Part shown: positions 58,784-64,000 of the stretch, in pieces
How the letters are laid out: every line of letters starts with the position of its first letter
Position numbering within the stretch: the stretch's first letter is position 1
NCBI GenBank assembly: GCA_037190325.1
Contig: JBBCIU010000023.1
Span: 29,560 to 93,559, forward strand
Source: Verrucomicrobiales bacterium
Lineage (GTDB): Bacteria > Verrucomicrobiota > Verrucomicrobiia > Verrucomicrobiales > DEV007
Direction of reading: 5' to 3'
DNA: 64,000 nt
Notes under the pieces: generated by a model
What the model was told of the DNA's origin: nothing
The model's input: the letters and a program-made list of their open reading frames with translations, nothing else
Database searches by the model: none
Translations under genes and position numbers: made by a program

Positions 58784-59090
58784 ATGAAGCTCCGCAAAAG
58801 TGAACGGAACTTCGACCGGGTCAACGCAATTTCTGCCGGATGACGCGAATGTGGAGCCTTTCCCGGAGGTTCTCAAGTGTCGAGGCGTGGAGGAATCGGT
58901 GCCGCCAGGGGGCGGCGAGCCAGGACACGAGGGAATCGATGATGGAAACCCGGACTCCGACGCGGCATCCGGAGGGGAAGTGCTCCGCGATCTTTGGAGT
59001 TTCCGGGTGGATTGGCTCTTCGCGGTAGCTGCCCTTGCGGCTGTTTGGAGAGATCCTGTTCGAGGGAATTGCCGGATGCGTCATCCCGGT

Positions 59091-60002
59091 TCACCCATCG
59101 CACGGAACGTCTCGACAAAGGGAATCGAGCTGGAGGGCGATGAGATTCACGGTGTTGGCGTCGAGCTTGAGGCCCTGCTGGATGTGATATCCCAAGCGCT
59201 TCTGGCTCAGGACGCGGAGATTGCCGTGGGGCTTTTCGTCGGTGTACCATCCGGGGATGGCGAGGAGAGGAGTTGCCACGATCCTTCGTCCCAAGCGCTG
59301 GCAGATCCATCTCTCCAGCCATTCGGCATTGTTGCGCGCCTGTCTCACAGGTCCGCCGTCGCGGCCGTTCGGCCAAATCAATGTCTCTCCGTCGAAACCG
59401 ACCTTGTGGTCTTCGCCGCCGTTCCGGGCGGCGTATTTCCGGCGGGCCTTCGTTTCGATGCAGAAAAGCCCGGACGGCCCCACCACGATATGGTCGAGGT
59501 TGAAGGCCTTTCCCGCGCCTTGGGCAGGGGCGTCGTGGAAGACGTGGTAGCCCTTCGGCTTGAGGGATTCCAGCTCGTTCGCCACGATGCGTTCTCCCAC
59601 CAGGCCCAATTGGCAGTCCCGCCGTTGTTTGCCCCACCGAAAGACACTCCAACCGCAGTAACCGATGGAAAGGAGGTAGGCCATTCCGGCCAATGAGATC
59701 ACGGTGCTGAAATAGGCCAAGGCCGGCGGCCATAGCAGGATCAGCAGAGGCAGGAGGAAAGCGAGCGATGGAAGCATCAAGCCTTTGAGCAGTTCATCCA
59801 CAAGCTTCTCGTCGATCGCTTCGATGCGCTGTCGCAAGCCTTCGCCGGGTTGGCGCAGCAGCTTGACGTCTTTACCGATCGGGTGGCGTCCTTTTCTGGA
59901 GAATTTGAAGGCGAGAAGAACGGCCCCTAAGAACAGAACCATCGTCACAACGTAGAAGGCAATGGCGATGAGAATTCCTAGCAGATTCATGGACAGATTC
60001 AT
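59091..60002 (-). CDS. NERD-domain membrane protein
   Basis: N-terminal TMs; GLVGERIVA; FHD; NLDHIVVGPSGLFCIETK; PVRQARNNA; lower GC. Confidence 0.88.
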   Translation of the reverse strand: MNLSMNLLGILIAIAFYVVTMVLFLGAVLLAFKFSRKGRHPIGKDVKLLRQPGEGLRQRIEAIDEKLVDELLKGLMLPSLAFLLPLLILLWPPALAYFSTVISLAGMAYLLSIGYCGWSVFRWGKQRRDCQLGLVGERIVANELESLKPKGYHVFHDAPAQGAGKAFNLDHIVVGPSGLFCIETKARRKYAARNGGEDHKVGFDGETLIWPNGRDGGPVRQARNNAEWLERWICQRLGRRIVATPLLAIPGWYTDEKPHGNLRVLSQKRLGYHIQQGLKLDANTVNLIALQLDSLCRDVPCDG

Positions 60003-60275
60003 GGGGGATGGATTCGACTTCAGACGTTCGTCCGGGACTCGCGGTGGCTGAGCCATTAGGCGCTAGTCGGAAAAATTGCCGAGTAAAAAGGCAAATGGAC
60101 GAAAGGGAAAGGGAAAGCGGGAAAGAAATTCGCATTCTCTGAAAGCCGATCATTCCGTCCCGTCTTCGAGGCGGAAGGCCATCCCGCGCAAGCGCCGCGC
60201 TTTGTTCTGGACACCGCCGCGCTCGCATCGCAAGCTTTCGGCCCGAACCAAAACCCTTCACCCCCAAGTCCTGAC

Positions 60276-61079
60276 ATGCCACACGTCGAAACGAACGGAA
60301 TCCAGATGTACTACGAGGAGAAAGGGAGCGGCGATCCCGTCCTCCTCATCATGGGAATCACCGCCACCGGCGACGTCTGGCAGGCGCATTCCGATTTCTG
60401 GAGCGAGGAGTTCCGCTGTCTCATGGCGGACAACCGCGGCGTCGGGCAGACCGACAAGCCGGCGGGCGACTACTCCAGCGCGACGATGGCGGACGACTAC
60501 GCGGGCCTCCTCGACGCGCTCGGGATCGGCCAGGTCCGCGTCGTCGGCTGCTCGATGGGATCGATCATCGCCCAGCAGCTCTGCCTGCGCCATCCCCAGA
60601 GGATCAAGAGCGCCGTGATGATGTGCCCCTGGGCCCGCGTCGACCGCTACGCCCGGGGCGTCTTCGAGCACATGAAGGCCTGCAAGGCGCACCTCGACAA
60701 CCAGCAGTTCCTCGAATACATCCAGCTTCTCATCTTCACGAAGCCGTTCTGGGACAACGACGAGGCCTACGAGGGCCTCCTCGCCGGCCGCCAGGGCTTC
60801 GACGAGAACCCGAGGCCGCAGCCCCTCCACGGCCTGCGCGGCCAGGCGGCGGCCTGCGTCGGGCACAACGTCGTCGACCGACTCGGCCAGATCCAGCAGC
60901 CCTGCCTCGTCATCGGAGGGCGGAACGACATCTTCACCCCGGTCTGGATGGCCGAGGAGGTCGCCAAGGGCATCCCGAACTGCGACCTCCACCTCTACGA
61001 CGGAGCCGGCCACGCCTTCCACTGGGAGAAGATCGACGATTTCAATCCCCGCGTGAGGGAATGGCTTCGCGCGCACTGA
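60276..61079 (+). CDS. Alpha/beta-fold hydrolase
   Basis: DNRGVG; nucleophile elbow GCSMG; IGGRND; GAGHAF. Confidence 0.92.
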   Translation: MPHVETNGIQMYYEEKGSGDPVLLIMGITATGDVWQAHSDFWSEEFRCLMADNRGVGQTDKPAGDYSSATMADDYAGLLDALGIGQVRVVGCSMGSIIAQQLCLRHPQRIKSAVMMCPWARVDRYARGVFEHMKACKAHLDNQQFLEYIQLLIFTKPFWDNDEAYEGLLAGRQGFDENPRPQPLHGLRGQAAACVGHNVVDRLGQIQQPCLVIGGRNDIFTPVWMAEEVAKGIPNCDLHLYDGAGHAFHWEKIDDFNPRVREWLRAH

Positions 61080-61090
61080 GCGCGAAGCCA

Positions 61091-61192
61091 GTAAAAGGTG
61101 AAAAGTGAAAGGGAAAAGGTCTTCCGGACTGGACGCCTCGCTTTTCAGCCGCTTACTTCCCGCCAACCAACCTTTTACCTTTCACCTTTTAC
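61091..61192. repeat. 22-bp imperfect inverted repeat of the gtaaaaggtgaaa heptamer family
   Basis: gtaaaaggtgaaaagtgaaagg (61091-61112) / ccttttacctttcaccttttac (61171-61192), 2 mismatches. Confidence 0.85.
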
Positions 61193-61206
61193 CGCGAATA
61201 CGAAGT

Positions 61207-62070
61207 ATGAGCAAAATCCGATTTGGTTCCGAGGTCTACACCTGGTTCATGCAAGGGCCCGGCAAGGGCTACGACAACAAGCTCGACCACATGATCAAGG
61301 TCGCCGCCGAGGCGGGCTTCACCGGGATCGAGCCCATGGTCCTCGAGATCTCCGAAAGCGCACTGGGCTGCGGCAAATACTGGCTCGGCGATTTCTGCGA
61401 TCCGGCCCGGCTCAAGGACGCCCTCGAGGCGCACAACATGACGCTGGCGGGCCTCGCCCTGATCTGCGCCTGGGACGGCGACGAGGAGACTCCGGCGGAG
61501 CGCGCCGCGGCCGACTTCACGATCGACCTGCTGAAGCATTTCCCCGGCGCCATGCTCGGCACGGTGACGCTCCCCAGCGGTCGCCACGACCTGCAGCGCC
61601 GCCGCCTCAACGCGGTCCGCAACATCAACGCCGTGTCGAAGCGCGCCGCCGACGAGGGACTGGTCTGCTCCTACCATCCCAACAGCCCGCCGCCCTCGAT
61701 GGTGCGCACGCAGGAGGACTACGACGTGGTCCTCAGCAGCCTCGATCCCTCCGTGACCGGCTGGACTCCCGACGTGGGCCACATCGCCCGCGGCGGCATG
61801 GATGTGATCGCGACGCTGAACAAGTGGCAGCACCTCATCAACCACATCCACTACAAGGACTACTCCGGGAACGGTCCCGAGCCCTGGGCGCAGATGGGCA
61901 CGGGCAAGATCGACTTCCACCGCATCACCGAATGGCTCGTGAGCCGGAACTACGAGGGCTGGATCATCTGCGAGGACGAGGCCCACGTGGCGGTCGAGGA
62001 TCCCGACGGGGTCACGATCCAGAACGGACAGTGGTGCAAGGAGAACCTCCATCCCATCGTCGGCCTCTGA
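61207..62070 (+). CDS. Sugar-phosphate isomerase/epimerase TIM barrel (IolE-like)
   Basis: GFTGIE; YHPN; DVGH; HIHYKD; GWIICEDE. Confidence 0.85.
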   Translation: MSKIRFGSEVYTWFMQGPGKGYDNKLDHMIKVAAEAGFTGIEPMVLEISESALGCGKYWLGDFCDPARLKDALEAHNMTLAGLALICAWDGDEETPAERAAADFTIDLLKHFPGAMLGTVTLPSGRHDLQRRRLNAVRNINAVSKRAADEGLVCSYHPNSPPPSMVRTQEDYDVVLSSLDPSVTGWTPDVGHIARGGMDVIATLNKWQHLINHIHYKDYSGNGPEPWAQMGTGKIDFHRITEWLVSRNYEGWIICEDEAHVAVEDPDGVTIQNGQWCKENLHPIVGL

Positions 62071-62125
62071 CCGGCCGGACCGGCCAGGGTGGGGCGAGGC
62101 GCCCGACCCTGTTTGGTCATTTCGC

Positions 62126-63538
62126 ATGAGCGACGGATCGCCGGCGCAGCCTTCGGGGATCCGTCGTCTCCTCGTCGATCTCGCGGGGACGCCGGAGGGG
62201 GCGCGCTTTCGGCCTGTTGCCGAGATCGTCCTGCCGTTGGTAGTGCTGGCGCTGCTGACGTGGTGGGTCCGGGCGACGGGCTTCGACCTCGGGGCACAGC
62301 AGTGGATTCACCGTGTCGGCGGCGGATCGTGGGACCTGGGCGAGCATCCGTTCTGGAAGTGGCTCTATCGTGCCGGAACCGTGCCGGCGGCGATCGTCGT
62401 CTTCGCCGCGACGGGGGCTTGGGCGTGGAGCTGGAAAAGAGCGGCGCTGCGTCCCTGGCGGAGGGTGCTGGTCTTCGTCGTCCTGGCCGGCGTGATCGGT
62501 CCGGGAATCGTGACGAACGCGGTCCTGAAGGAATACTGGGGGCGCCCCAGACCGCGTGAGATCGTCGAGTTCGGCGGGCGGAGCCCGTTCGAGCCGGTCC
62601 TGTCGTACGATGCGGCGAGCGAGGGGCTCTCCTTTCCCTGCGGGCACGCCACGATGGGCTTCTACTTTCTCGCGGGCTATTTCCTGCTCCGCCGCCATCG
62701 TCCGGGCCTGGCCCAGGCGGTGGTCTTCGGCGGCCTCGCGCTGGGAGGGCTGATGGGGATCGCGCGCATGGTGCAGGGGGCGCATTTCTTTTCGGATGTG
62801 GTCTGGGCGGCCGCGGTGTGCTGGTTCGTGCCCATGGGGATCTATCACGCACTGGGTCTCGACCGCCGCCTCCTGCGGGAAGCGGGGACGGAAAGGGCGA
62901 TGCCGCTGGGGGCGAAGCTGGGCCTCTCCGTGCTCGCGCTGGCAATGCTGGCGGGGGTGCTGTTGGCGACGCCTTACGAGGAGCGGCGCGTCTACACCCT
63001 GATGGAGGATTTTGCGGAGGAGGGACCGCTCTCGGTCCGGCTCGTCCTGTCGGTGGGCGAGGTCGAGATCGTGCCGGGGGAGGCGTTCCGCATCGTCTCG
63101 GAAGCCCGCGGGCATGGCGTCCCGACGTCGAAGATCGGACGCTACTACGAGGAGAAGGCGCTCCCTGAAGGCGGGGGGGCGGTGGTCTACGCCGAACGGA
63201 TCAGCGGCTGGTTCAAGGAAGTGGGAGCGACGTTGCGCGTCGAGTTGCCGTGGGAGCGGATGCGGCGGCTCGAGCTGAAGACGGCGGAGGCCTCGGTGAG
63301 GATCGAGCTGGGCCCCGGCCCATCGAAGCCCGTCCTGAGGTTGATGGACGGGAAAGGGCCTGTGACGGTGGATCGGGCCGGGCAGGGGATACGGCTGGAG
63401 GCGGAGGGACCGGCGCGGATCGAGGGCGTCGTTCCCGGCGAGCCCGTGCGGGGAGGAGAGGGGGCGACCCTCTACCGAATCGACGTGGAGGAGGCCTTCG
63501 AGGGCGAACTGCGGGTCGAGAGCGGCTTGTCCCGGTAA
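62126..63538 (+). CDS. PAP2 phosphatase (LpxF-like) fused to a C-terminal extracytoplasmic domain
   Basis: KEYWGRPRP; SFPCGH; RMVQGAHFFSDV; about 190-aa beta-rich tail after last TM. Confidence 0.87.
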   Translation: MSDGSPAQPSGIRRLLVDLAGTPEGARFRPVAEIVLPLVVLALLTWWVRATGFDLGAQQWIHRVGGGSWDLGEHPFWKWLYRAGTVPAAIVVFAATGAWAWSWKRAALRPWRRVLVFVVLAGVIGPGIVTNAVLKEYWGRPRPREIVEFGGRSPFEPVLSYDAASEGLSFPCGHATMGFYFLAGYFLLRRHRPGLAQAVVFGGLALGGLMGIARMVQGAHFFSDVVWAAAVCWFVPMGIYHALGLDRRLLREAGTERAMPLGAKLGLSVLALAMLAGVLLATPYEERRVYTLMEDFAEEGPLSVRLVLSVGEVEIVPGEAFRIVSEARGHGVPTSKIGRYYEEKALPEGGGAVVYAERISGWFKEVGATLRVELPWERMRRLELKTAEASVRIELGPGPSKPVLRLMDGKGPVTVDRAGQGIRLEAEGPARIEGVVPGEPVRGGEGATLYRIDVEEAFEGELRVESGLSR

Positions 63539-63595
63539 ATTCACAAAGATCGACTCGCTTTCATAATGGGCGGGCTTAGGTTCCCGCTCATTTCT

Positions 63596-64000
63596 ATGGA
63601 AACCGAATTCCGGAGCAAGGAGACGAGCTGGCTGTCCTTCAACGCGCGGGTGCTCCAGGAGGCGGCCGATTCCACCGTACCGCTCTACGAGCGGATCAAG
63701 TTCCTCGGGATCTACAGTTCGAATCTGGACGAATTCTTCCGTGTCCGGGTGGCGACTTTGCGGCGTCTCGCCGATCTCGGCGACGAGTGGAAGCGCCTCG
63801 ACCTTCCCGATCCGAACCTGACGTTGAAGAGGGTCCGCGAGATCGTCTCGCGGCAGGGCGAGGAGTTCAACAAGGCCTACGACCGGATGCGGGCGGATCT
63901 CGAGAGGAACGGGATCCGCATCGTACGCGAGACCGAGGTGCCGGCCTCGCTGCGGGACTATCTGCGCGACTACTTCCGCCGCGAGGTCAGTCCGCACATC
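63596..64000 (+). CDS. ppk1: Polyphosphate kinase 1, N-terminal part (truncated by window)
   Basis: KETSWLSFNARVLQEA...PLYERIKFLGIYSSNLDEFFRVRVA. Confidence 0.96.
   Translation, partial: METEFRSKETSWLSFNARVLQEAADSTVPLYERIKFLGIYSSNLDEFFRVRVATLRRLADLGDEWKRLDLPDPNLTLKRVREIVSRQGEEFNKAYDRMRADLERNGIRIVRETEVPASLRDYLRDYFRREVSPHI

Noticed and set aside
57614-58876. 420-aa ORF suggesting a long N-terminal extension or an ArsR-PstS fusion
   Set aside because: The extension overlaps arsR in a different frame and is non-protein-like; arsR has its own stop at 58414.
58821-59084. Short ORFs between arsR and NERD
   Set aside because: No motifs or codon bias supporting a real gene.

Overview
High-GC bacterial chromosomal segment. 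Gene content and repeat style suggest Verrucomicrobiota (inference). Left to right: sucA (3' end) and sucB; a 91% AT tract; a LysM lipoprotein and mog; MoxR/VWA module 1 with an ABC ATPase and permease-like gene (3.7-12.0 kb); rpsP-khpA; moaA; MoxR/VWA module 2 (14.6-20.8 kb); bcp; two tandem helical-repeat paralogues; class I fumarase; a decayed RHH/PIN toxin-antitoxin locus; a dehydrogenase cluster with mpg; a CNNM/hemolysin protein, DUF1080, a PQQ-like propeller and a trypsin-like protease; an hprK-ptsH-ptsI-MRJP-prmC-murA run; a complete mrpABCDEFG operon; a DUF2946-like ORF, TonB-dependent receptor and Cys-motif BNR propeller; an OprO/P-like porin; an ArsR-headed pstSCAB operon with a putative SmtB-type operator; a lower-GC NERD gene; an alpha/beta hydrolase, an IolE-like TIM barrel, a PAP2 fusion and the 5' end of ppk1. 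I found no rRNA, tRNA, CRISPR array or intact transposase. The best leads are (1) the ArsR-controlled Pst operon, whose pstS apparently starts at a CTG overlapping the arsR stop, (2) a possible CruR-like metal-sensing leader-peptide attenuator upstream of the TonB receptor, and (3) the twin MoxR-VWA modules with heptamer-periodic spacer elements. All functional calls rest on motif recognition by eye; no database searches were run.
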